From Macrostomum lignano (taxonomy: Eukaryota): a stretch of 64,000 nucleotides of DNA. Below the pieces are notes generated by a model, which had not been told where the DNA came from, made no database searches, and was given only the letters and a program-made list of their open reading frames with translations. A program made the translations under genes and the position numbers. This document shows positions 50,046-62,995 of this stretch, one piece after another (within the stretch, counting starts at the first letter, position 1; every line of letters begins with the position of its first letter). The stretch covers positions 62,001 to 126,000 of the forward strand of contig NIVC01000270.1 of NCBI GenBank assembly GCA_002269645.1. Direction: 5' to 3'.

Positions 50046-51929
50046 TACCTGTCTGTTTGTCAGTCTCTCATATCTATCTGCTTGTCTAGCAGCCGGTACC
50101 GCACCAAAGGAGTGCACACCACAAGCGCAGCGGTGCCCCAGACGGCCAAGTTATCACCCGCCATTAATTTGGAATTCCACCTTCTGCTGTGTCGGGCCGT
50201 TTTCCTTCCTAATTTCTTTCTTTCGCCGCTGCAGCCGCCACCGCCACCGCCACCGCCGCGCCAGCTTCTTCCATCCATCTGGCCGGCCATAAACTTGCCG
50301 AAGAGTGCGAGAAGAGAAAAGTGAATCCAGACAAGGGAATGGGTTGGTCAGCGCCCTAGTAGAATATGGCCCCAGGTTTTTACGATGGCTCACAGACTGA
50401 TGCGCCTCCTCACCTCCTAGCAGGAGGGAAATAAGGAATTAGCCATCGCAAGAAGACGACGAAGCTGGTGCTGCCTCTTTTCTGGCTGGCTAAGAAAAAA
50501 AGTTTGCGGCGTTGAATAAGCTGCCTCGCTGACAGACAACAATGAATTATGACCCGCTCTGCCGGGCATTGACCAGATGTGAACTGGAGACATCCAGTCC
50601 GCCAGATAAGGATCCCGCGCCGTCTGATAACAGAGGAATCGGGGGAAGGGAGAGACGGGTAGGGAAGCTGGCGAGCTCAATTGACGCCTCATCCAGGCTG
50701 CTCAGTCGCAGCAGTCGACACCCAGCCTCCTCCACCTCTTTTGGTCTCCAGCGGTATTTGATGATGGATGACCGGATTATTTTTTGGGGCTTTTTTAGTG
50801 AAGGATTTAGGCAGCGAATTGGAGAGGCGAGCCTGACAGCAGAATGTGCTCAAATGTATACTCGTAGATATACTTATATATACGCGCTCCTTGTATACAT
50901 AAGAGGTGTATGCAGGCCAGACAGGGGTGCCTGCGCACAGTTTCCCCACACATGAGAGAGAAATACCTCACTTCCCCGACAGGCAGAAAATCTTGAGCTT
51001 CCCATAGATGACGCATCTCTCTCTCTCTCTCTCTCTCCCAGTGTGTGACTGAATTTAGAGGGCAGAATGACTGAGCACTGCTGCTCATAGACGGCTGCTG
51101 GAGTAGGGAAACGAATTCAAGCCATACGGCCGCGTCTGGAAACTGGGGCCTCCCGGCCGGGGAAAATCCCCAAGGATGGAGCGGCAAATTGCCAACAATA
51201 ATCTCGAGCTGCCAGGAGAGACCGACAGACCGGCGTCCGCCACCCCCTGACCCCAAGGCTTAATAATCCTCGGAGCCAATTTGTGCGCACTAATGCAACT
51301 GGTCGGAAGGCTATTATAAATCCCATCGGTTTAATATATCCGCATACACAGCCTTGCGGTTGAATGCCCGGGGGAAATCGTTTAAATTAGTATTTCGGAA
51401 TCGAAGGAAGAACGTGAAAACAGCGAGCCGATAGAGCGAAGACCGATTGGGCTCAAATTCCACTTGGGCCGCAAACTGCGACGCTTAATTTGAAAAAAAT
51501 CGACGCGCTGGGACGCGTTGGAGGATTAAAGTGTGAGGGGGAGGGTGTGCGCAGAGGCAAAAAGTCACGCATAGGCTCGTAATCTGGCCAGAATCTTGAA
51601 TAGAAATTGTTTCAATAAAAATCGAATTTTCTATTTCAAAGACGAATCAATTCTAGTTAAATAAATAAAATTAACTCAGTAAACGAAGACTCAAAATCTT
51701 TCCAATCCTACAGGCAATATAGATCTGTTTGACACTTTCTCCTGTAATTAGCAAGCAAATATTCACTACCTGTACGCAGACTATTTTCCATACAGTATGT
51801 ATTTTAAGAGGCAATTACTCTATTATTCTGCAGCAAACTATCCAAAACACGGATGTTTTCTGACGGGAATTATAACACAGGGAATTAATTTTCTTATAAT
51901 TAATTATCTTATTCTACAGGGTATTATCC

Positions 51930-52425
51930 TACAGGAGAATAATGTATCGCACAGGGAATCATCCTATGGTGAATTACCTCAGGGAATTATACAACTGGGA
52001 ATTATCTCAAAGGGAATCATCCTACCGGTGCAGGGAATTATTTCACAGGGAATCATCCTACAGGGAATTATCTCACAGAGAATTATCCTGTAGGGAATTA
52101 TCACAGGGAATCATCCTACGGGGAATTATCTCAGGGAATCATCTCACAGGGAATCATTCTACAGGGAATTATTTCACAGGGAATTATCCTACAGGGAATT
52201 ATCTCACAGAGAATCATCCTACAGGGAATTATTTCACAGGGAATCATCCTACAGGGAATTATCTCGCAGAGAATTATCCTACAGGGAATAATCACAGGGA
52301 ATCATCCTACGGGGAATTATCTCAGGGAATCATCTCACAGGGAATCATTCTACAGGGAATTATCCTAGAGGATCATCCGACAGGGAATTATCCAAAGGGA
52401 ATCATCCTATTGAAAATTATTCCCT
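51930..52425. repeat. 30-bp (2x15) minisatellite CAGGGAATTATCTCACAGGGAATCATCCTA
   Basis: Direct tandem repetition just 3' (minus sense) of the muscleblind exon. Confidence 0.92.
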
Positions 52426-52512
52426 TGCGACACACCTCACCCGAATGCTTTTATATCAGAAAAGCGACACGTATCTGAGTAGAAACAGAACATGAGAACT
52501 CACACAACTCAC

Positions 52513-52681
52513 ACGAAGTCGGGATGAAGGCGCCGTGAGTCTGAGCGCCGGGCACCTGGAACGGCGCCAACTGCTGATAGGAGGCGGCCGGCTGGTAGAC
52601 TGGGATGCCGCTCTTGTTGTCCGCCACGGCAGGCCGCTTGCCGCCGTGCAGACCGGCGTAGGCTGCCGCCGTCGGCATGCA
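52513..52681 (-). CDS. mbl: Muscleblind-like (MBNL) post-zinc-finger exon
   Basis: CMPTAAAYAGLHGGKRPAVADNKSGIPVYQPAASYQQLAPFQ...AFIPTS resembles the invertebrate Muscleblind KR..DKSGIPVYQP...YQQL...FVPVS segment; acceptor CCCGCAG with CTAAT branch point, donor T-GTGAGT. Zinc-finger exons not found in the window. Confidence 0.75.
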
Positions 52682-52814
52682 CTGCGGGGGACGGGGGACC
52701 AAGGATCACGGATTAGAAGATTATGGATAAATTAGAGACACTGGATTAGTATATGATACGCTCGTGTGATCGGAAATCATCAACACAATTTATAGATCTG
52801 GGGGTGAAATCGGG

Positions 52815-54085
52815 GATCGTGGATTAGGGATCAGGGACTGTGAATCATGGATTAAAGATTAGGGATCAGGGACTGTGAATCATGGATTAAAGATTAGGGA
52901 TCAGGGACTGTGAATCATGGATTACAGATTAGGGAATCAGGGACTGTGGATCATGGATTAAGGATTAGGGATCAGGGACTGTGGATCGTGGATTAAAGAT
53001 TAGGGATCAGGGACTGTGGATCGTGGATTAAAGATTAGGGATCAGGGACTGTGGATCATGGATTAACGATAGGATTAGGGATCAGGGACTGTGAATCATG
53101 GATTAAGGATTAGGGATCAGGGACTGTGGATAATGGATAATGGATTAAAGAATAAGGATCAGGGACTGTGGATCATGGATTGAAGATTAGGGATCAGGGA
53201 ATGTGGATCATGGATTACAGATTAGGGATCAGGGACTGTGGATCGTGGATTAAGGATTAGGGATCAGGGACTGTGAATCATGGATTAAGGATTAGGGATC
53301 AGGGACTGTGGATCGTGGATTAAAGATAAGGGATCAGGGACTGTGGATCATGGATTAAAGATTAGGGATCAGGGACTGTGAATCATGGATTAAGGATTAG
53401 GGATCAGGGACTGTGGATAATGGATTAAAGATAAGGATCAGGGACTGTGGATCATGGATTAAGATTAGGGATCAGGGACTGTGAATCATGGATTAAGGAT
53501 TAGGGATCAGGGACTGTGGATCATGGATTAAAGATTAGGGATCAGGGACTGTGGATCATGGATTAAAGATTAGGGATCAGGGACTGTGAATCATGGATTA
53601 AGGATTAGGGATCAGGGACTGTGGATAATGGATTAAAGAATAAGGATCAGGGACTGTGGATCATGGATTGAAGATTAGGGATCAGGGACTGTGGATCATG
53701 GATTAAAGATTAGGGATCAGGGACTGTGAATCATGGATTAAGGATTAGGGATCAGGGACTGTGGATAATGGATTAAAGAATAAGGATCAGGGACTGTGGA
53801 TCATGGATTAAGGATTAGGGATCAGGGACTGTGGATCATGGATTGAAGATTAGGGATCAGGGAATGTGGATCATGGATTAAAGATTAGGGAATCAGGGAC
53901 TGTGGATCATGGATTACGAATTAGGGATCAGGACTGTGGATCATGGATTACGAATTAGGGATCAGGACTGTGGATCATGGATTAAGGATTAGGGATCAGG
54001 GACTGTGAATCAAGGATTAAGGATTAGGGATCAGGGACTGTGGATCAAGGATTAAGGATTAGGGATCAGGGACTGTGGATCATGA
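52815..54085. repeat. 35-bp minisatellite GATTAGGGATCAGGGACTGTGGATCATGGATTAAA in the muscleblind intron
   Basis: About 36 units. Confidence 0.97.
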
Positions 54086-54505
54086 ATAAGGGATAATATT
54101 GGCTGTCTGAGTTGCTAATGCAGATAAAAAATGCAATTATTGTTATCTTTGCATTTATTCATCGTTGATATTGCAATAGACTCGCTTGATTTGACTGTGC
54201 GGTGCTGAGTGAGCTAAGCGACATTTAACAACGAAGGCGCGCAAAAGTTTCTAACATTTTCTGGAATCCATAGAGATTGCTAGCTTACTACAAAAAGGCA
54301 CTGAAGGCAATCAAGCTAGCAGTGCTTGAATTGGTTTACTAGTGCGTGCGCGCGGGGAGATCCGCAGTGCACAAAGCGCGGGCTGACTGCTGTAGTTCGC
54401 TAAATCAGGGTACAAGCACTCAACAAAACACAAAGGGGAGATGACTAGTAGCTGTGACACGCGCTGCTGATGAGCAAGGCTTAGATGATGCTAGGAGAGG
54501 ATGAA

Positions 54506-54536
<31 letters not shown>

Positions 54537-56319
54537 AGCAGAGCGGAGAGTGCAGGCTTGACTAGACTGATGCAGACAATCGGCATTGTCTTCCTTTAGT
54601 CAACCGCCCCCCCCGCCAACAACAGCCTATGCGACTCCAAAAACTCGCTTCAATAAAATATATAACAAGTGGGGTTGGAGAGGCTTAAGGTAGGCCGGCT
54701 TAAGCCTAGCTTTTATTACTTTCTCGGGAAAAATTTGAAAATAGCGGCCCGGATTGGCACGGATTTAGGATTTTATAGGGGAAAAATTTGTGCCAATTAA
54801 ATGCCGACTATTGGTAATAAATTATACCTAAACCGAGCCTCGTTTCAAGATATTTCTTTTTTCTTTTTTAAGATACTTTCTGATAAATCTAAAGTCACCA
54901 ACACTAGGCCTGCAGATGTACTGTGGCCTACTGCTGCGGTAGCCCCACCCTCCAGGAAAAATAGAGGTGGCGGAGGCTGCGGATCAAAGCCCCCCCCCTC
55001 CTCAGTCACCTCCAAACCGGGCCAGCCGCCAATGCGTCCGTCTACCAGCCTTCGCCATGATAAATTACTTTGAAAATCAATTTTCCCAAGGATATTGAAG
55101 GCAGGAAGAGACTGCAAGGGAAGAAAAGGGAGAGGGAGAAGTCTATAGGATAAACGGGAGCCAAGACTTTTTCTCCCAGACTACTTTGAGAAGCCATGGG
55201 GACTATTTCCCAAATGCCCAGGTCGGGGGGGGGGGTATGAGAAAGAGAAATCGGCGGGCTCCCCCGCTCCCACAATCGGCGATGAAGCTCGGGGGGGGGG
55301 ATGGTGAGGCCAATTTAATCAAGCCGCCGCCAGCTGAGAGAGGCGACTTTCCGAAAAGAATTCTATGCGCCTTCTACACACTTTTAGTTTGGCTTCCGCG
55401 TGCCGCCAGCGGAGCCTGACGCAGATCGGGGTTTTGTTGCGCCCTGTCAGTTCCTTTTGGCCGCATAAAATTAGTCGCTTAGCTACTCGTCTGTCTGGGC
55501 ACCGGAGTCGACCCTACTACTTGCTATTCAGCTAGCCAATAGGGGCACGGCCGAATGCACACAGGGGACCCCAGACAGCGAGGCCCGCTCGCCATGCATA
55601 TTTATAAATTTAATTAATTTATCCGGTCCCGTTGCATTCGAAACGATGCTGCCGCGTCGTAAAAATGGCCTCAGTTAGTTGCTCCGATAGGAATATCTCG
55701 GACCTGTGTGCTTATCCCCGTCTCTGGTTCCCACGATCTCAACCTCCATCCACTCTCCTTTCTCTTTCGGAACAATTTTTCCTATTTTTCATATTCGGCT
55801 TGTCCGTCTGGGCCATCCGTTAATAGCAAAGTCTGGTCAGTTGCAGCGGCGGCATTAATGCGCGCGCAATTATGAATTATTAATTGTGTGCTTTATGACA
55901 GGGCTCGGTTGGCTCGAATCTGGCAATCGAGCCTCCTGCAACCGGGAGAGGATCTTAATACCGACTGGGAAGGGGAGAGAACTCCCAGTTGGGAGATCTT
56001 GAAGGGATTGGGAAAAACCATGAAAAAGGCTATTGCACCCAGGAGGCAAAACGCTTCATGGAAGTCTGAATCCTCAGTCTGTCTGTAGTGGGATTTCACT
56101 GTCTGTACTTACAGCCGGATTTTACTGTCTGGCAAGCTCGTCTGTAGCCGGATTTATGGCATCTTTTTTATATCACTGCACAAGATAATTTGGCGACTGT
56201 TTGATGTCCGTCATTAGTCTGTGCTGTCTGTCTGCTTCACTGTCCGCTTATGACTGTCTGCCTGTCAAACCCAGACTGTCCTATCTGTTACTGTCTGTCT
56301 CTCAGCTTGTCTGTTTGTA

Positions 56320-56490
56320 TGACACCGAGTGTCTGCCTTCTTTCCAGCCTGTCCATCTGCATATGCCTCATTGTCTGTCTTCAGTCTAGCCTGTCCGTCT
56401 GCATATGCCTCATTTTCTGTCTTCCTTCCAGCCTGTCTGTCTGCATATGCCTCATTGTCTGTCTTCCTTCCAGCCTGTCCGTCTGCATAT
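56320..56490. repeat. ~46-bp repeat CTGCATATGCCTCATTGTCTGTCTTCCTTCCAGCCTGTCCGT
   Basis: About 4 copies in a CTGT-rich stretch. Confidence 0.8.
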
Positions 56491-57824
56491 GCCTTAGTAT
56501 CCGCCTTACTTTCAGCCTCTGCTCGTCTCTCCATCTGTCGATAAAGCGCCGACGTCTTGCCATATCGCGAAAGTAGCGAGGGAAAAGGACGCTTAGATCG
56601 CAATCGCTATCGGCTTTCATTCAAAGTCTCAGTAGCTGTGCAGCCAGCCAATTTCATCAGTCCGCGTGCACAGCGGTTGCATATATTATGCTCGCCGATA
56701 TAAAGATATTCAACATTTATATCCATGTATGTATATTCCATTGAATTGGCGCGACACAATGGAGCCACTAGTCATCTGGCTGCGCACACTGAACCGGCTG
56801 CGACGCCCCGAAGATGAGAGAAATAATGGGTAACACAGGCGACACAAGCTTTAAGCGGTCACAATGTAACCCCCCGGTGTTTGTTTTCCCTTCCCGCCAC
56901 CAAAGTCAGCTGCTGCCGCGACCTGGCCGCCGGCGATCTTTGCGTCGCTTCAGCTGCGGGTGTGGCGACCTCTTTCACAAATCCCACTTCGCGGCACGCG
57001 CTGGGGGCATAACAAAAAACGGTTGCATTCCATGGGGAAGAATCTCCCCTCTGCCGTTTTGCCTGGGCACCGAGATTTGCGGCATGACACTGCGTTGGGA
57101 TGGCGGCCCAGAGGGAAATAAAACAGAATAGACTCCCTTCGTGCTCTGCTGTGGCTTTTGCTTCTTGTGTCTGCTTTTCAATTGCTGCTGGCAATGAAGT
57201 CTGCCCGGGAGGGGTTATCAACCTCACTCCAATCTGTCCCTCTGTGCTTCCTTCAGTAGCAATTCGGTTGTGTTCAAAAGCAAAAAAGTTGATTTCCTTT
57301 CCACTGAAGCAAAGCGGCTGGCGACTGACGGCACCGGAGGGGTGGTAGAGCGTCCAAGGCGCTTCATAAAACCCTGACAGTAAACAGCACGATGCCAACA
57401 AAACTTTTTTTCACAGTCAACATGTTATCATTTATCTGGTCCTCGCTTTCATGCAATCAATCCATTATCACCACACTACGGATAAGGAACCCTAAGGGTT
57501 CTTTAGAGTTCCTCAATTCAGCATGAAATTCTTTAATACATTGGGCTTCAAATTGCTTCAAAGGTTTGATTAAGTATAGAGAAGATAAAAAGGAAAACAA
57601 ATTGATTCTATGTGGGAGAAAAACATCCTTTGTTTTCCTTTATCCACGGGATAGATTAGCAATCTGGGGAACAGCTTATTTTTGTCCCTTGCTTATTGTC
57701 GGTTGTCCGTCATCGCAACATTTAATTATCGCACAGATCCGTGACGTCGGGTACCCAAGGACTACTTTAGTCGTCCTTGCCGGTACCGGCGCCCCGAAGG
57801 GGGGCACTAGATTGCTAGCCCATT

Positions 57825-58835
57825 TTATATCTCATCGGCGGGATAGATTAGCAATCCATTTTATATCTCATCGGCGGGATAGATTAGCAATCCATTCTAT
57901 ATCTCATCGGCGGGATAGATTAGCAATCCATTCTCTATCTCATCGGCGGGATAGATTAGCAATCGATTCTCTATCTCATCGGCGGGATAGATTAGCAATC
58001 CATTTTATATCTCATCGGCGGGATAGATTAGCAATCGATTCTATATCTCATCGGCGGGATAGATTAGCAATCCATTCTATATCTCATCGGCGGGATAGAT
58101 TAGCAATCCATTCTCTATCTCATCGGCGGGATAGATTAGCAATCCATTCTATATCTCATCGGCGGGATAGATTAGCAATCCATTCTCTATCTCATCGGCG
58201 GGATAGATTAGCAATCCATTCTATATCTCATCGGCGGGATAGATTAGCAATCCATTCTCTATCTCATCGGCGGGATAGATTAATTAGCAATCCATTTTAT
58301 ATCTCATCGGCGGGATAGATTAGCAATCCATTCTATATCTCATCGGCGGGATAGATTAGCAATCCATTCTCTATCTCATCGGCGGGATAGATTAGCAATC
58401 CATTTTATATCTCATCGGCGGGATAGATTAGCAATCCATTCTATATCTCATCGGCGGGATAGATTAGCAATCGATTCTATATCTCATCGGCGGGATAGAT
58501 TAGCAATCCATTTTATATCTCATCGGCGGGATAGATTAGCAATCCATTCTATATCTCATCGGCGGGATAGATTAGCAATCCATTCTCTATCTCATCGGCG
58601 GGATAGATTAATTAGCAATCCATTTTATATCTCATCGGCGGGATAGATTAGCAATCCATTCTATATCTCATCGGCGGGATAGATTAGCAATCCATTCTCT
58701 ATCTCATCGGCGGGATAGATTAGCAATCCATTTTATATCTCATCGGCGGGATAGATTAGCAATCCATTCTATATCTCATCGGCGGGATAGATTAGCAATC
58801 CATTCTATATTTCATCGGCGGGATAGATCAGCAAT
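57825..58835. repeat. 36-bp minisatellite ATCTCATCGGCGGGATAGATTAGCAATCCATTCTAT
   Basis: About 28 units. Confidence 0.97.
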
Positions 58836-60513
58836 CTCTTCCCGATTCAGCGGACCCTCTCCATCATAGATAAAATTACCCAGCAAATCCATTATTTTGA
58901 ACTCATTCGCTGACTAGACTTTAGCAATCAGTTTCACTCCGTCATCCGGACTCATCAGTCCTACGAGCGTAGCACTATATACTTTTTTGCCTTCTTGGCT
59001 CACAAAGCCGCATTAACCAGTTATACAGCAGTCGATTCTTTAGCCACAGAGCGTCGCGCAGAAGGCCGCAGACTGTCGATAAATAACGCTGAGCGCTCAG
59101 CTATTGTTCGCATAATTTATCCCACCCTGCGCTGTTGTGCGGCGCTGGCGGGGTTGGCTTGGGAGCAATAATTAAGCAGCTGCCAAGGCCCCACCCCAGC
59201 CGCCGCCGCTGCCGCTTTTGGTCTAGAAAGCTGAGCAGCAATCGCTCTTTTAGGCCGGACGACAGTTTGGCCTAATCTATGGATGGGGGATCAGGCCGCT
59301 GTTGGTAGGGGGGGGGGGGGGTTGGGAGAGCGGAGATCAGCTTAGGGATGAGTTACCCCGCTTTCCACGGGACTCCAGACAGCAGAGCCGTGCAGCCTTG
59401 ACTTGGGAGGGGGTGGGGTGGCGCTTCTGTCTAGGATCTCAATAAATCACCGCATTCTCATCCTGTTCTCCTGCTCTCTTCCTCCCTCTCAGCAATTCTC
59501 CTCTGTACTGAGCGGCCAAGCAAAATAGAGATAGATATACTTGGGACAGGAGAGAGCTGGGGGCGACAGACAAACAGACAGACATTGCGGCATTGCGGCA
59601 AAAGAAGACTAGGCTTTGAAGCCGGTGCCGCAGCCCAAACTGCCGTACTCTTTTGTTCAACTCTTGAATTCAAAGGAGCCCAGACTCGCTTCTCAGGGTG
59701 GAAGGAAGGGACAGCAATATTTTCTCCCTTCAAGAGGCTTCCGATTCCGCTGATTATTGTCCAGCACCTCCGACTCGCCCCCCCCCTTTAACCGGCTGAG
59801 AATTTACAGCGTCTTCTTTTTCAGAAAGAGAGGGACAATTTCCTCTAGGGCATTTCTCCTCACCTTGGCTGCATCAGCAAATCTGTATGTCATTCGCAGC
59901 TTTGCCTCCATAATCAGCAGGCCAAGTGGACATCCATTTCCAGCTAGGATTTTTTACGACAGCCGATGGGGCCATTTTTCAGGCTATAGATTTTTTTGGA
60001 AGTGAAAATTTATGACTGCGACAACCGCGACGCGCGTGCGGCCGTCCTCATAGCGCTCTGTACGACAGGTGATTTCCTGACTAAATAATAATAATAAAAT
60101 TATCGATAATGCCCGTCCGTCTCCCTCCAAGATGAAGATTGAGGAGGCTGACTGAGGAGACAAGATTCCAGATTTCGAAGCCTAATCGGTGACAGTGCCA
60201 AATCAGCCGTTTGAAATCACCAGTCAGTATTAGCTAAGTAATAAATAATTGGACTAATTTAGCCGGTGCAAAAGCAGCAATAAAGCGCAATAAGCTTGAA
60301 TCCGAAAAGCGAAGGTAAGAAGCTAATAAGCGTAAATAGGTTAGTTAATGTAGAAAAACAGAGTCCGATAGGATTGAACAAAAAATGAAGCGTGCACCCA
60401 AAGCGGCAAGGTAAAGTCAGCATGCTAAAAGGAGACTGACTAGAAAGATCTCGATAAATATTGAAGCATTGATGGCGCTCTCTATGTAATAATGGAAAAT
60501 AGTGGCAGGCGCT

Positions 60514-60960
60514 CTAAATATGTACAAGGTAGGGCAGACTGGAGCAGCTTGGGATTAAGCTGGCCGCCGCTGCTGTAACTGCTGTCGCATACTGCGGCTG
60601 CTGCTGCTGCTGCTGGTTCAGCATCGGCATAACAAAGGGCGCGGCCAGTGCTGCCGCCATCGCTACCGCCGATGACTCATCACTGATTTGAAGCTGCTGC
60701 TGCTCAGCCATCAGCTTCCTCTTTTTAGCGACGCCAGCCAGCGACTGAGCATCTGACGGCGGCGGCGGTCGCAAGCCGGCAGCTGCGGCGGCGGCCGCGG
60801 CCGCTGCTTGGTGATGATAAGCCGCCGCAGCAGCAGCCGCAGCCGCCGCTGGGCCACCGTCAGGGCCGCCGCCATCACCGCCGTCGCCGGCAGTGGAAGA
60901 GGATGAGGAGGAGGCGAAGGCGGAGGCAAAGCCGGTGACGCCGCTGTGCGCAAAGCGGCT
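60514..60960 (-). CDS. Ala/Gln-rich terminal coding exon, possibly an alternative last exon of the muscleblind-like gene
   Basis: Strong acceptor (TTTTTTTACTCTGCCATTGCCCTGCTATAG) then a 148-codon open frame to TAG with poly-A/poly-Q tracts and a KKRK NLS-like motif; GC-rich like other exons. Gene assignment is inference. Confidence 0.55.
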   Translation of the reverse strand, partial: SRFAHSGVTGFASAFASSSSSSTAGDGGDGGGPDGGPAAAAAAAAAAYHHQAAAAAAAAAAGLRPPPPSDAQSLAGVAKKRKLMAEQQQLQISDESSAVAMAAALAAPFVMPMLNQQQQQQPQYATAVTAAAASLIPSCSSLPYLVHI

Positions 60961-62419
60961 CTATAGCAGGGCAATGGCAGAGTAAAAAAAATTTGGAGCA
61001 AAGACGGTACAGGAGAGTCGCATGCGATGCTCAGTGCTTGCTGGGGGGGGGTTTAGATTTTGAAGCTGCTGCACGCAACAGAGACCAGACGCACTGCTTA
61101 GGTGTATTTTATGACTATTTTTGCCATTTAAATGTTTCTATTATGAGCGTATTTGAGCTACTAAAGTCCAGCCTGAACGGTGGAAAGGTGAGTGCATTAA
61201 CCTTTGATGCGCGTCTGATCTGTGCTGCCAAGGCGCATAGCTCGTACAGTAGCGGCGGTGCATGCGCTAATATTAATTATTAGTATTTAAAATGTAATAT
61301 AAAATGTAATTATTAATAGTAAGCAAAGGAAAGGTCAGTATAGCATTCAACGGGTCGCGCAGAAGCGGATTGTTTATACGACGACTTAAATTTGTTAGTA
61401 AAAGTTATTCAGTTAGTTTAAAAATTGTGCGAAAATAAACTAAATAAATCGCGATAATGTTAGTCTTATTCTTATTTTATTAAACGACCATACGTAGAAA
61501 TGTAGAAGAAAGTTGTTTTACAGCTAATGTGTGGGCACGCCATCCCATTCTTTGATTTTCAAGGCGATTTCCAAATCCTTCATCCCTTCTCTCACCTATC
61601 CAGTTAACTAATTTGAGCGCACTAGCTAGTTCCGCCTTTGAGCGCAGCAGCTCCATAGTGGCACCTGCTGCTCCCTTGCAGTGACTGCATAATTGCTCTA
61701 AGCTGTGCGGCCTTAATTTTAGCTAGCAGGAGGCACAAGGAGAGGAGTTGAATCCGCAGTCGCTGAGAGAGGCGAACAGCGCGGGTAGAAAATGATACGC
61801 TTGAGACGAATAGGCAGTTTCGCTGCCCGATAATAGGGACTATTTATTATGGTTAAAGAGAATAGGGGGCTTTTTTTAGGCAAAACGAGATGCAGAAAGG
61901 GGGGACGCAAGGTCGGAGAGAGGGTGAGATCTCGGCTTTGTCCTCAAATTAGGCCTTCCCCATACCTGTGTATTTTGTTTCGGGGGCCTTCTCAGTCTCA
62001 TCCTCCACCCCCCCCCCCCAGCCTGTCATCTGAAGGGCTGAGCGAATTTTTTGCCGACTCTTTTGCGTGCTGCGCTGATGGAATAGGAGACTGAAAGGAA
62101 ACGGAGCAAGCTAGAGTAGTGATAGGAAAAGGGTGCCGGAAGCAGACAGATCCGAGTCTACGAAGTTGCAGATGCCAAGCGGCGCTTGTTGCATCCCAAC
62201 AACAGCCAACCACCCCAGTTTTCCTCGTTTCGTGCCAGTTTACCGATCACGAAGCCCTCCGCTCGTTGATCTGCTCGGGCTGCTCTGTGGAGCAGTTTAA
62301 ACTTTGCTTTTTCCCGTCCTCATTAGTTAAATTCTCCTTTTGAGAAGCACAAATTCGTCCAATAATTATGTTTAAAAACAACAAGATATGTGTCTTGATG
62401 CTTCAATAAAACTTGTTTC

Positions 62420-62995
62420 ACAGTTCAGCGTGGAAGGCTGTTTGTTCTATAGTTCACCTTGTACTGGAAGGCCACCTGTTCCACAGTTCAGCGTGTGCTG
62501 GAAGGCTGTCTGTTCCATAGTTCACCTTGTACTGGAAGGCTGTCTGTTCCACAGTTCAGCGTGTACTGGAAGGCTGTCTGTTCCACAGTTCAGCGTGTGC
62601 TGGAAGGCTGTCTGTTCCATAGTTCTAGTTCACCTTGTACTGGAAGGCTGCCTATTCCACAGTTCAGCGTGTGCTGGAAGACTGTATGTTCCACAGTTCA
62701 GTGTGTGCTGGAAGGCTGTATGTTCCACAGTTCACCTTGTACTGGAAGGCTGCCTGTTCCACAGTTCACCTTGTACTGGAAGGCTGCCTGTTCCACAGTT
62801 TACCTTGTACTGGAAGGTTGCCTATTCCACAGTTCACCTTGTACTGGAAGGTTGCCTATTCCACAGGTTCACCTTGTACTGGAAGGCTGCCTGTTCCACA
62901 GTTCACCTTGTACTGGAAGGCTGCCTATTCCACAGTTCACCTTGTACTGGAAGGCTGTCTGTTCCACAGTTCAGCGTGTACTGGAGGGCAGCCCG
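62420..62995. repeat. 34-bp minisatellite CACAGTTCACCTTGTACTGGAAGGCTGCCTGTTC
   Basis: Direct tandem repetition. Confidence 0.95.

Noticed and set aside
50060-51330. Candidate downstream muscleblind exons (several GC-rich minus ORFs)
   Set aside because: No acceptor and frame combination gave a convincing homologous product.
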